From Schmidtea polychroa (Eukaryota): a stretch of 64,000 nt of DNA. The translations under genes and the position numbers were made by a program. The DNA lies in NCBI GenBank assembly GCA_044892525.1, contig CM097886.1:9300001-9364000 (forward strand), given 5' to 3'. The notes beneath the pieces were generated by a model that was not told the DNA's origin, searched no databases, and was given only the letters and a program-made list of their open reading frames with translations. Shown one piece after another: positions 39,662 through 51,724 of the stretch (its first letter is position 1; each line of letters starts with the position of its first letter).

Positions 39662-41190
39662 GTGCCAGCGGTACCTAATCCATCTACTGACCTTCAGGAG
39701 ACGGAATCAGAGGAGAGTTCCGATGATGAACCTAGTATGGCCACCATACTAAGCGAGTACCATGTAACCTTGCCAGGGAAAGCAAAGGTAAAAGAAGGGT
39801 CAGATTCCCTAACAAAATGTTTAAAACTGGTGGATTCCAGATATGAGTACCAGCAGAAGCTGGATAGACAATTGGAAAAATTTGGAGAAACAAAGATTAA
39901 AATTCACGAAATCGATACAGTAGTAAAACTGATATCGCAGGTTGAAGATGACCCAAAGTATCATAACGACACGTACAAAATCCTAAGGAAATTAGGAAAA
40001 CTCATGGAACATGAGTGGGATCTCCAAGATGCTCAACTCAATATAAAACTCCCCAGGATAAAGAGTATAATCTCGATATAAATGTAAGAAGCCGAGCCGA
40101 TAAATTAACAGAAACATTGACAAGTATTAAGCATCAAGGATATGACTTATACTTATGTGGAATAAAATTAGAAACAAACCAAACACTTTTACAGAACGGG
40201 ATACTCCCAGGTAGAGTGACGAAGCTCACAGCAAAGAGAGCACCGAAGCCAGTGGCAGTAATGGATCAAGATAGTGTATTCTTGATTACTCAGATGGAAA
40301 TCGAGAGATTGAAGGAAACTCAACAATTAACCCAGCGACTAGGGTTGGAATTGCAAAAATCTTCACGAGATGGAGAAACCATAAAGCAAATACTAGATTG
40401 GATGTTAGTATTACGAATACCCGTATATTTGTTGGAAGCAATAATTCCACTTATACTACCAGTGGTAAAGGAAACAAGCCCATTCCAGACGCAAATCGAA
40501 GCACTGATGAGGAGAAATGGGAAAGCTATCCGAAGTCAGCCTGATCGACAAGGCAACATTAATCTAGACGTGCGAATGATTGGAAAAGAACCATCAACAA
40601 TGATTTATAATTGTTATATCAAGGTCAAAATATTAAGGAGAAATGTGATTGCCACCGATCAAACTACAGGTATATTCGTGATATTCCATGGTAGGCAAGT
40701 GGATGATGATGAATATCTAGTGGATGTGGGTTGTCTACCGTTGGCAAGAACCACAGTAATGATCATCCCAGTAACTCCACCCGAATCACAGTGGTCATTA
40801 ATGAGACTGTCAGATATAGCAAACGAAATTGTGGAAGAGATCGAGGAAATAAGACTAGAGGAAATAAATCCCTGTCAAATGGTGGACATTGACGAGGAAG
40901 ATTACTTCTCAGAGTACGTCAGATTAAATCCAGGAGAAACAAACGTAGGAGCTACTACGTCACAAGCTGTAACAAATCCGGAGACTGAAAAACCCCCGGA
41001 GAAAGTGAAAAAAGATGGACGAGGACGTCCTAGAAAGGATCAAATGAAACCTCCACCCAAGGAGCAGTTAAATCCGGAAACGATTCGAAAAATTCAACTA
41101 AAAACATTAGCAGGGATAGCTCAAGAAGTGGACGACCAGGCGGAAGAAGAGACAACGCCAGAGAGGTCGTTATTGTGGCAACGTGTATAA
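39662..41190 (+). pseudogene. Accessory ORF with two ubiquitin-like domains and an AT-hook (one frameshift near 40053)
   Basis: QLNIKLP/QDKEYNLDIN...LYLCGIKLETNQTL and INLDVRMIGK...VIFHGRQVDDDEYLVD resemble ubiquitin QIFVKTLTGKTITLEV...LIFAGKQLEDGRTLSD; GRGRPRK at about 41017-41037. Confidence 0.7.
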
Positions 41191-41193
41191 CAA

Positions 41194-43380
41194 ATGATCG
41201 GGATTATTAGGCCCGAATGGAGAATTCCAAAGATCAAGGGAATCGAAGTGAAGAAAATAACGAAAGAGGTCAAGAAGACAATGGATAAAGTATCCAAAGA
41301 TGTATCAACAGGAAATATTCAGGATGCCATAGAAGCATTTGTACAGCAAGGATTAACAAGAGGGAAAGTGGTAACATCGCTATCATTGTTAATTCAAAAT
41401 GCCTTAGCGCGAGCAGGGAACGATAAAAGGCTTATAGAACGAGAAATCGACCAAATAGTAGAAATAGTAGATTATTACCTTGAGGTGTGGATGACAGTAA
41501 ACAAATTTTGGGAAAAGGAAATAATCCCAAAACCACGATATGAAGTCGTGGAAGAAGCCATAAATAATGGTAGTTCAGGCACAGGGAACATAAGAAGCAT
41601 GATCTTGATGTTTCTGGTAATGATGGGCATATTAAAACAAACTAATTCACTGACAGTATTTGACTGTAGTAATCCTAAACTATCTCAGATATATTTGCTG
41701 GTAGATGCAATTGAATGCAAAGAGGCGTATCCGGAGAAGGTTCATCAAGGGAAAAAGGTAGAATATTACGTCTACCAAGAGAGTGAATTTTATAGAACTA
41801 CGATAAAGGAATGTAGAATTCAGAGAGCTACATTTGAATATTATTGCGGTAGTAATAGATATTCTGCTTTCCTATCCGCAACACTAATACCAAGGCCGGT
41901 AAACATAATGCCCGAAGATTGCCTAGATGCATTTTGAAACGGAAGTGTGAGGATAGACAACGAGGTATCAATCTCGGCAGAAATTAGGAAAACATTGAGA
42001 ATAACAATCACTCGAGGGGGAACAATTGCCTCAGATGGAACCTGCGAAGGCAGAAAGGAAATTCGCGGTAGCAATTTAGTTTCCTATGTGGTAGATATAG
42101 AAGATTACTCAGTGGAATTACGAGAATACGAGGGAACATTCGATGTGGCCACAGGAAAATTGATGGCACATCCGCAATGCAATGCCAAGTTCAGTAGTTG
42201 TAGAACGGGAACCACCACATTAATTTACGAAAAAATGAGAGATCATTGTTAGTTGGCATTCCTCAAGAAAATTCCTTTTTGAAAATTAAATGGAACTAAA
42301 TATCGGGACTCCCAGAATCCAGAAAAGGTTTGGGATAAAGCAAAAACGTTGAAGAAAATCAACAAACAAGAGAAGGAAGATATCGGAGAGGAAAACACAC
42401 CTCTAGTGTTGATATCGGAAGACAAAACAAAAGCAATTCAATTCGTCCGAAAAGATAAAAAGACTAAATGTGGAAAAAGAATATACGAGACGAACTACAA
42501 AGGAATTTTCCTGTCAAGAGAATATATTCGAAATGCCAAGGCCTTACATATAAAGGATATCAAAATCACGAATTATATAAATAATAAAGTAGATTATTTA
42601 TATCATGACCTGCAAGGACAAATGCAAGATATGTATCAAGTGAAATAGTCGTGAAATAATCGTGAAATAGTCGAAATAGATTAGCAATATCTATCGTTAA
42701 CCCAGAGTTGGTTACTCCAATGTTATTGGAAGATGGAATGTTTGGCTGAATCATGGGAGAAGCTATATATAGCTATGAGTGTAAACCAGTAGAAGTACAA
42801 TTAGCCAGATTTAATCAATGCACGCTAGAACTACCAGTGTCATATCAACCAGCAATATGCAACCCGGCAATATCACCATTATACAAAATAAATGACATGT
42901 GGATATCTTTGCCGGAAAGAAAACCATCTACACAACGTGTAGAGACCTTGGAGGTGACTAAATTAAAGGATACTATGGAATTCAAGTCATTAGATGAATT
43001 AGCTAAAGGAGGGATTTACACTCAGGACGATATTGAGGAAGCAAGAAGGACATTGCTATTCCCACAAATCAGAGGTATCACGGAAATTATAAGAACAATT
43101 TATCATGATACCTTAATACGGCCAGATTACAATTTATTATTTGGACCGGAACACTATAAAGAAGCAGCAAAGAACGTAATGATGAAAATATGGGGACGAT
43201 TTACTAATTTTGGTATTTTCGTCGCCGGATGCTCAGGAATTTACGCAATATTTGTAATTTTAAAGCTGATAATTACACAATTGATGTCAACATATAGAAT
43301 ATTCAAATTTGGCGGATGGTCATGAAAACTCTTATTAGGACTATGTCCTACGTGTGCAGAATTTGCATTATTCAAACATC
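41194..43380 (+). pseudogene. env: Chuvirus-G-like (gB-like class III) envelope glycoprotein with N-terminal leader, internal signal peptide and C-terminal TM
   Basis: MILMFLVMMGILKQTNS/LTVFDCS; C.I...YYCG; GTCEG; CG...YETNY; YINNKVDY; GEAIYSYECKPVEV...C..ELPV; LAKGGIY.QDD...LLFP; hydrophobic FGIFVAGCSGIYAIFVIL; several stops and one frameshifted zone. Confidence 0.82.
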
Positions 43381-44020
43381 ACAGAAAAGAAATCAAAGAA
43401 ATTAGACAGAAACATTTGGTTAAACATGAAGTAATTGGAACAGAAATGGATGAATATTCCAGTTATCGGGACGATAACAATTCAAAGGGAGGAGGTAATG
43501 GAGGCTCTTGTGAAACATCTTCAAGACCAAATCAATCACGAAAACAGAACTACAACAAAAAACCAAATCAGCAACAAAGAAAATCGAGATTTAAGGAATA
43601 TCTTCCTCCATATGACCAATCAAAGTAAATCTAGGTGAGAAGACAGTCCTCAGAAGGAGAATATGATAGTTCCGAGCAAAAATTCGACATAAGGTCACCC
43701 AGATTCAAGAGAAGCCCAAGATATGTACAATTGCCAACCCTGAGGAGTTTACCAACCGCACCAAACGATGGGCTGGAACATTCAAGGGAAACGACACTCA
43801 GAACAGGACGCCACCATTGGAAAATTGGTGAAGATACCATATTTAATAATCTGACATGTTCAACATTGCCAGAATTACCCGAAGTGCACTATCCAAAGGA
43901 AGCGTTAGAGTCACTTAAAGCTAAATTTAAAGAATATAATCCTCAACTGAGTGATCCAAAATTACTGAAGCAGAACAAACAAGAGCCAATACAATCGGTA
44001 TCTCGCACGATACAATCCTG

Positions 44021-47000
44021 ATGGTCAATAATCCAGTGAACTTGGATAAAAAGCCAATGATAAAAATAAGAGTGAACCGACATACAGTCAATGCGGTGAT
44101 AGAGTCAGGAGCAGATGGTACCATAATTGAAGCTAAATTGTTGAACCATCACGAATTACATTCGTTAAAACCGACAGGAGTAAAATTAACAGGAACAAAC
44201 GGATCCTCATTAAACGTAATAGGATCATTATCTTGTCAGATTAAGCTATGTGACCAAGAGCTCCATCACGACATCATAGTGATGAGAAGTCTCCTGGCCG
44301 AATGTCTATTGGGAATGGACATCCTAAAAAGACTACGAGGAGTAGTATTCGATTGCACATCTGGATTGTTAATCCGAGCACGAGGTAAAAAGAGAAATAT
44401 TTACAACGATAATACAGCTTATATAGATCATACAACCATCATACCACCCAGAACGGAAACAGTATGCTTTGTAGCTACAAGCAATAATTGGGAAGGTGAA
44501 GTTGTATTCGAACCAGACGAAAGGTTTTCGGAGAAATACAACATACCAGTTATTCATAGCGTAGGCTTAATAGTCAATGGCAGAATACCAATCAGGGTAG
44601 CCAATCTGGACGTTAAACCACTATACTTATACCCAGATACCAGAGTGGGCAGAATCTGGAAACAAAACGAACAACAAGCCACGGAAGAAGGGTCGATACT
44701 CACCATAAAGGCTAAAGAAAGAGAGCCAGACATTGATTACTACGACGCACCTACGGCCAATAGCAAAGTGCTAACCAGAAAGGAAAATATTCAAGCAAAT
44801 ATGCTATTGAGGAAATACGACCAGGTATTCGCGAAACATGAATACGATCTGGGAAAAACAAACTTGTTAGAACATGAGATTGTTCTCACCAATACAAAAC
44901 CTATAAAGTTGAGACCATACCGTATTCCATTCAGTCTGGAGGAATCAGTAGACAAACAGGTGAAATTGATGTTAAAACATGGCATAATCAGGCACAGTAA
45001 ATCACCATATCAATCGCCAATGATGGATCAGTACGATTGTGTAACGACTATCGCATGGTTAACGAGGCAACATGCAAAGATAGCCATCCATTGCCATTAC
45101 TAGATTATATTTATGGACGCATGAGAAACGCTAGGTTTTTCTCAGTAATGGACGCTCAAAAGGGATTTTATCAAATTAAGTTAAAAGATGAGACTATACC
45201 AATAACAGCGTTTTCTACGAGTATGGGTCATTACGAATATAACGTAATGCCATTTGGACTCACGGGAGCTCCAGCCACATTTCAAAGAGCAATGAATTTG
45301 ATGCTCATGGATGTACATCATGCGATGGTATACATTGACGACGTCATAGTATTCTCGCCAAATTTGGAAAAACACTTGGAGCATTTGGAAGATGTATTCA
45401 AGAGGTTGATCAATGCAAACATGAAAGTGAAACCGACCAAATGTAAATGGGCTGAACCAGAAGTGGTATATATTGGCCACATCATCTCACGAGATGGGGT
45501 CAAACCGGATCCAACTAATGTCGAAAAGGTAAAGAATTTCCCGGAGTCTAAAACCGTTAAACATATCAAATGGTTTTTAGGCCTAGTTGGATACTACAGA
45601 AAATTCATTAGAAACTTCTCGGTTATTGCTTTTCCATTCACGCAGTTAGAAGGCAAAAACGTCAAATTTGTGTGGGGAACAGAACAGCAGGAAGCATTTG
45701 ATATGCTCAAGGAAAAACTCGTCAAGCCACCTATATTACGATTTCCAGACTTTGAGAGACAATTTTTGGTTATGAAAGATGCCAGGCACTCGGGCATAGG
45801 TGCTGTGCTAGGTCAGAGAGATGACCTAGGAGATGAGTATGCAATTGTATACGCTAACAGAGGATTAAAACCACACGAGAGAAACTACGCAGTGATAGAA
45901 CTAGAGGCTTTAGCAATTGTGTATGCTATAACCCAGTTTAGGACATATCTATGGGGTTGGAAGATCATAGTGTACACCGATAATAGACCATTACAGTGGC
46001 TGACGAAACACACAATGGATACCTCAAAACTAGTCCGATGGGCATTAATTTTACAGCCATATGACATAGAAATCCATTATAGAAAAGGAGATCATAATGG
46101 TAATGCAGATGCTTTATCGAGAATGGACCAGGAGGAAGAAGCAGAAGATGTGAAGGAAGGGCGTCTCGAAGGGACTATCTTCACATTGACCAGAGAAGCC
46201 AACAAACTAGCCGATTTGATGGAGGCACAAAAATCTGACGAAGAGATCAATGTTATTCGTCAATCCTTGGAAGCAAAATACGTGCCCACAGAATTCACCA
46301 AATACTGGGAAAAGAATAAAGACAAGTTTGTGCTGGAGGAAGGATTAGTTAAATATTCAGATGTAAGAGATAATGTTATAATGGTCTCTTAGAAATTTTG
46401 TGAAGCACTCATGTTGCAGTATCACGATGGAGCCTTAGGAGGACACCTGTCATCCAGAAAAACATTGTCGAGATTAAAACAAAAATATTTTTGGCCAGGC
46501 ATGAAACAAGACGTTAAAACCTGGTGTCAGACATGTAAGATCTGTATCACCAGGCGAAATACCGGAACGAAACCCCACGTACCAATGAAGCCGATGCCTG
46601 TACCATCTACACCCATGGAAATGACGGCAATGGACGTGTTGGGGCCATTCAAAGAATCTAATAGTGGAAACAAGTACATATTAGTGTTCTGCGACTACTT
46701 GACTAAGTGGCCGGAAGCCTACCCGACGCCTAATCACAAAGCTGATACGATAGCTAGAATTTTCGTTGAACAAATTGTCTTTAAGTATGGAGTACCCACG
46801 AAGTTATTAACGGATTGGGGAACAGATTTCATGAGTAATTTGCTCAAAGGAATAAATGATTATTTCGGAGTTCTAAAGTTGAATACTTCCCCATATCACC
46901 CACAGGCGGATGGGTTAGTAGAACGATTTAATGGAACATTAGCTAACATGTTAGCATCATATGTAAATTCAGGGCAAACGGACTGGGACATCCACATTCC

Positions 47001-47430
47001 ATCCTGTTTATTTGCATACAGAAATGCAGTGCACGAAGGAACAGGTGAAACACCATTTTACCTAATGTATCTGAGGTAAAGTAAAAAATCTGTTGTTTTT
47101 CCCTAAAGCAACACAGTATTTAGATCAAGAAAATTATCTAATAGAGATGAGGGAAAGGATGCAGGAAGCATGGACTAGAGCAGGTCTCAGTATAAAATAT
47201 AATCAGGAAGCATCAAAAGATTATCATGACCGAAAAGCCAAGGAACGTGGCATAATGTTTGGAGACCAGGTGATGTTGGAAAGTCATTATAACAAGAAAG
47301 CTTATCACCAAAACTCATGCGGAATTTCAAAGGGTCATATGAGGTATTGAGAAATTCAGATACAAATCTCATACTACAACTTGTAGCCAACCGAAAAGCA
47401 GAACCAATAATGCTAATCGGTGTAAAAAGT
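44021..47430 (+). pseudogene. pol: Gypsy-type pol: protease, RT, RNase H, integrase (disrupted)
   Basis: IESGAD (catalytic D to E), RPYRIP, DAQKGFYQI, MPFGLTGAPATFQ, YIDD, ELEALAIV, YTDNRPL, HHCC finger, DVLGP/TDWG/VERFN; frameshift at about 45020 and several stops. Confidence 0.95.
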
Positions 47431-47489
47431 GTGAAATCCCAACAAAAGGGATCTCCGGAAATTCAAAAGTAAAAGCACTAGAGAAACAG

Positions 47490-48465
47490 GTGAAACCAAA
47501 CTCCAATGAAGAAGCACAAAAACACCGATACCCATTGAGATCACGGGGTGTTCCAAAATCAGTAACTTTTATGTTGATAATAAGTTGTATGATGACCTTT
47601 GCTATGGAAAAAAGGGATAAAAAGGCCTATTTTCAGCCTATGGCGATGCGTGGAAAATTTACATTTTATAAGAACCTATCACGGAATTCGTATACTTAAA
47701 ACGTGTGATAATGCCACAAAATTCAATCTGCATTTCTACAATAAGTACTTACGGGTCCGCCAATTTAACTCAGTAGAAAGAGAATGGGATTTGTATGATT
47801 TAAAAGCCGAGACGGATTACAAACTGCACATCGCAGCATCAAGGTTATATCAGAGTGGTTGGTATACCTATCATGTATCAAATTGGATTCTAAGGACGGC
47901 GGATTTCACAAATCGCATATCGATATCTTACGAAAAAGATAAAGTTAAATTTAGTCAGCTACTTATCGGGGAGGAAAAGGTAAAAGTCAATATTCTAGAT
48001 GGACTAATCACGAGAGAAACAATATGGTTAGTATCGAACTCTCCTTCCAAAGAATATTCGGTTCTAGTTATATACTATAGTCCGAGGAAACGGCAGGACG
48101 ATAGGTGGTTCGAGGTATTCGAGGAGATATTACCTCTTAAACATCCAGTTACAACGAAAATACCACCAAAAGTAGTTAGGGAGAATATGGTGATACATCC
48201 CGCGATGTGGCAACATCTCAGACAATTGCCACCTATCAAACAAATTTCTTGCCAAACGACTCCAAACCTGACAAACTGTTGTGATTGCAATGTCATCACA
48301 AACTTCAACGCGAGATACATTCTGAAAATACCCACAGTGGTATGGATCACGGTATCGGCCGTACTATCACTAATAACCACAGTGATAGCTATGGGTATTT
48401 GGACCAAGCTATATTTTAGACAAGCCATAAGGGCTTACGACGGAGTGCTGATGTCGAAATTATGA
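47490..48465 (+). pseudogene. Second type I membrane protein after integrase, with an FN3-like motif
   Basis: Hydrophobic SVTFMLIISCMMTFAM (signal-like), WDLYDLKAETDYKLHIAA (FN3 tyrosine-corner-like), C-terminal TM IPTVVWITVSAVLSLITTVIAMGIW, short tail; one frameshift near 47655. Confidence 0.55.
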
Positions 48466-48494
48466 CAATTACAGCCTCCCCAGAGGTAAAAATC

Positions 48495-48567
<73 letters not shown>

Positions 48568-48571
<4 letters not shown>

Positions 48572-51500
48572 GGTGGGTCGAATGTTAATAAATTTTGAGT
48601 TCAAGAAAGGAAACATGGTTAAAAAGTTGTATTTTGGTATAGAAAAATCGAATCAAACCATTTTACTTAGATTTATGGACATTTACTGCTCCCAACTTTT
48701 CTCCGAAAATGCAGTTCAACATAAGTGTGAAAACAATGTAATTTGGCTAGTGTCGGAATGTGTTTTGCGCCTTTGTCCATATTTAGATGTAGCTTTCTTA
48801 AGAGCTTATAAGTATATTATTTACTCTCTTGGGCTGAGATAGTATATTCTGTGTCCTCATCCCGCATTGAAATATATCCTGACAACGTCAGTGATTAGGA
48901 AGGGCCAAATTTGAATTATCCTTTTCAAAGACAAAAATCAACTTTCGAAATTATTTTTTATTAAAAACATCCAGCCAAAAGTTTAGAAATGTATTAGCGA
49001 GGGCATAAAAAGAAGTCACATGAAATCAGCTTTGCTTTGCACCTTGGGCAATTCCTTCCTTGATTTTTTACACAGTAGTACCATACCATGTCTGGACTTG
49101 TGACCAAACACTTTGCAACTGGCAGAAGAAACATCTTTGATGGCTCTTTCAACGGCTTGAGAATGACAGGGAAATTGTTCTAATGTAATTTTCTTATTCA
49201 TCTTCAATTCATGATCCAATATATGAGATAAAAGAGGGGGAGGCGTCAAATTACATTTTGTCCAGTCAATCATGTCAGCATATGATGTAGCAGACGACTG
49301 AAGAAAGACAGTATTCTTGTCCATAGTGCGAATCACTTCGGAAGGGAGAAAATTTTGTCTTGCAGTTATGATTTTTTCTGTTGCAAACTTTCTGATTTCT
49401 TCATCATCATCACCAACAGCAGCTAGGAGTATATTTTCTGGATGTGAGAAGTAATTGTTGTTCTGAATGACAGGAAAGATGATTTCTTGGTCTGATGGAT
49501 CCAAATCCTGCAGAAGTTGGAGCATATAAAAAATATTTCTTGCACCATCTTGGCATGACGAGTGAATCTTTATATAAAACCATGACGGTCCATAGAAATT
49601 GACAATAAATTTCACTATTCGCATGAGAGGTTCAGATGGAGCAGTTTCGGACATATATAGTCGCAGAATTCTATTAGCTTTCGTTAGCCAGCGACTGTGA
49701 TTCAAATTTCCTGGTTGTGCCATTTGTAGAAAAGGGACATCCTTGTTGTTGTGGTACCCTTTCTGGACTGCCAAGCATACTCTGAGGAAATACAATTGAT
49801 CAGTGTTCAATTCTTTCTTGACATTTTCACTAATATCTACGACCTTTCCAGGAAGGGACATAAAGGCTACTACGGGCTTGTCTTTTGGATCAAAATCAAG
49901 AACGCTTCCTATTTCACCACATGACGTTTTTGGACCTTTTGTTTCTCCACCATCGACGACTGAAAAATACTTCCTGAATGGCAATTCATTTGCATGCAAC
50001 AAGCATATCAGCCATTGTAGAGGTCGCCCTAGGCTTTTTTCGAGTCTTCTGATTATTCCATTATTTTTTCCGGTGTTTGTATTGGTTCCATCGCACACAA
50101 TTGCTTGAAGGGTCAGTGAGGACTGCGTGCTAACGATGATTGACATGATTTCTTTGCCAATATCCACAGCTTTACTACTTTGAGGTACAACATGATCGAT
50201 ATATGTATCCCCTGGAAAGGCGACAATCACATAATGCTCCTCTTTTAGGATCCTTCTATGAAGTAAGGTGGAATCTTGTTTCCCGTCGAAACCGAGGCAA
50301 ATCAAGTTTTTCGCTTCTGCTGAATGCTGTTCAATTTCTCTCTCCCTCCAGTACTTTCTCTGACGTCGTAATTTTGCGGGATCGATGATTGTTTGAGAGG
50401 ATAACAGTTCCATATCTTTCAGAAAAGCGTTTACTAGCAAACACGTGTCTCTGTTGCTCACACCACATCTGTCAACAGCTTTACTTAATTCAGGATAATG
50501 TCTTCTATTTTGAAATTCATCACATTCTTCTACGCTTGACTCTGAGCTTTCTGTTGAATTGTCTAACTTATCTTTACTTTCATCACTAGCGGCTTCACTC
50601 TCCGTGTCACTTCTTGAGGTCGGATGTAGATCGTTAACTTCAGTGTCCATTATTTCATTTTTCATTTGTTTTCCTTTTCCTGTAGGGCTGCTTTTCGTTT
50701 GTTTTCTCTTCAATTTTGAGGTTTCCTGTCTGTCCGTATTTCCGATTTTCATGTTTCTGGTAGTTTGTTGGTCAATCCAGAACTCCCACTCTAAGGTAGG
50801 AATTTTCAAGGCCAATCGGCATGTACACTGACTTCTTCCACGAGCACCATCATTAAAACATTTGCAGCAACATATGTCAAACAATTTGGAAAACGAGCTT
50901 AACTTATCTTGAAATTTGGCAGATGACCTCTTGCATACTGGATACTTCTCTAATTCACGCACTTTTGATATTAGTCGCTTGACACGAACCACAATACTAC
51001 TGAACTCAACAGTTGGGATACTTGCCTTCATATAAATTTCCTTCACCTTATTTGCGAGAAGAGTTGCTTGTTCGTTAAAGCCAGTATGAAATTGCGTACA
51101 TTTCTCATTGTAACAGTAATCACGAAACACATCTTCACAAGTAGGTAATTGGTTTCTGGGTAGTTCACAAGTTTGACCAAACAGACAATGACGTGATTTA
51201 CTTCTTGTTTTGCGAAATTGCTTATTTCTCTGTCCCTTCATAACTGCTCTTCTGTACTCAGCTCCTGCAAAATAAAAGTGAATCATCAAGTTAACTTTTT
51301 TAATTATGTCCAGCAAACACTTGACATCCAATCGAAACAAATTAAATTATCTGAGTTTAGACTGACTAGTAGTATCCATGTGGATTATGTGTTGACTGTA
51401 GTGTGTGTGTTAGTATTGTTCAGAAGAAATTGTCTTTGTGAGTGCTTGTGTGAAGGTGCTTCCGTGAATTAACCTCTCTATACATGCACGCGTTAGCTTG

Positions 51501-51724
51501 GACTTGTGAATAGAGCATGTCAAAAATGGTCTTTCTGCAAGCGTGTGACTGCTTGCAGGATGAATTTACAATTTTTACTGGGATAGTACTAATACATACA
51601 AACAAAAGTTGGGACCTGTAAACCCTTTTAAACAGCAGTCTTTTGCAGGGATATTTCATTTTCTAGCATAAGCACAACTTTTTAGGCATGTTTGGAGAAA
51701 AAAAAAATTTTCGACCCACCCTAA
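48568..51724 (-). mobile_element. hATm-like DNA transposon inserted in a (TA)n microsatellite
   Basis: 14-bp TIR TTAGGGTGGGTCGA at both ends; both flanks are (TA)n. The subfamily call rests on recalled TIR and motif pattern. Confidence 0.85.
49016..51340 (-). CDS. Intact DDE transposase (hATm-like), up to 774 aa
   Basis: GFDGKQD, CDGTNTNTG, QWLICLLHANELPFR, HSRWLT, PCHSQAVERAIK; no stops; true start may be the downstream Met near 51240. Confidence 0.88.
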   Translation of the reverse strand: MFRLDVKCLLDIIKKVNLMIHFYFAGAEYRRAVMKGQRNKQFRKTRSKSRHCLFGQTCELPRNQLPTCEDVFRDYCYNEKCTQFHTGFNEQATLLANKVKEIYMKASIPTVEFSSIVVRVKRLISKVRELEKYPVCKRSSAKFQDKLSSFSKLFDICCCKCFNDGARGRSQCTCRLALKIPTLEWEFWIDQQTTRNMKIGNTDRQETSKLKRKQTKSSPTGKGKQMKNEIMDTEVNDLHPTSRSDTESEAASDESKDKLDNSTESSESSVEECDEFQNRRHYPELSKAVDRCGVSNRDTCLLVNAFLKDMELLSSQTIIDPAKLRRQRKYWREREIEQHSAEAKNLICLGFDGKQDSTLLHRRILKEEHYVIVAFPGDTYIDHVVPQSSKAVDIGKEIMSIIVSTQSSLTLQAIVCDGTNTNTGKNNGIIRRLEKSLGRPLQWLICLLHANELPFRKYFSVVDGGETKGPKTSCGEIGSVLDFDPKDKPVVAFMSLPGKVVDISENVKKELNTDQLYFLRVCLAVQKGYHNNKDVPFLQMAQPGNLNHSRWLTKANRILRLYMSETAPSEPLMRIVKFIVNFYGPSWFYIKIHSSCQDGARNIFYMLQLLQDLDPSDQEIIFPVIQNNNYFSHPENILLAAVGDDDEEIRKFATEKIITARQNFLPSEVIRTMDKNTVFLQSSATSYADMIDWTKCNLTPPPLLSHILDHELKMNKKITLEQFPCHSQAVERAIKDVSSASCKVFGHKSRHGMVLLCKKSRKELPKVQSKADFM

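Noticed and set aside
43340-43385. CPTC...HH as a Gag zinc knuckle
   Set aside because: Spacing does not fit CX2CX4HX4C, and it directly follows the TM region, so it is more likely part of the glycoprotein tail.
44021-47430. BEL/Pao assignment of the glycoprotein-bearing element
   Set aside because: RT, RNase H and integrase motifs (MPFGL..APATFQ, YIDDVIVFS, TDxRPL) are Ty3/Gypsy-type.
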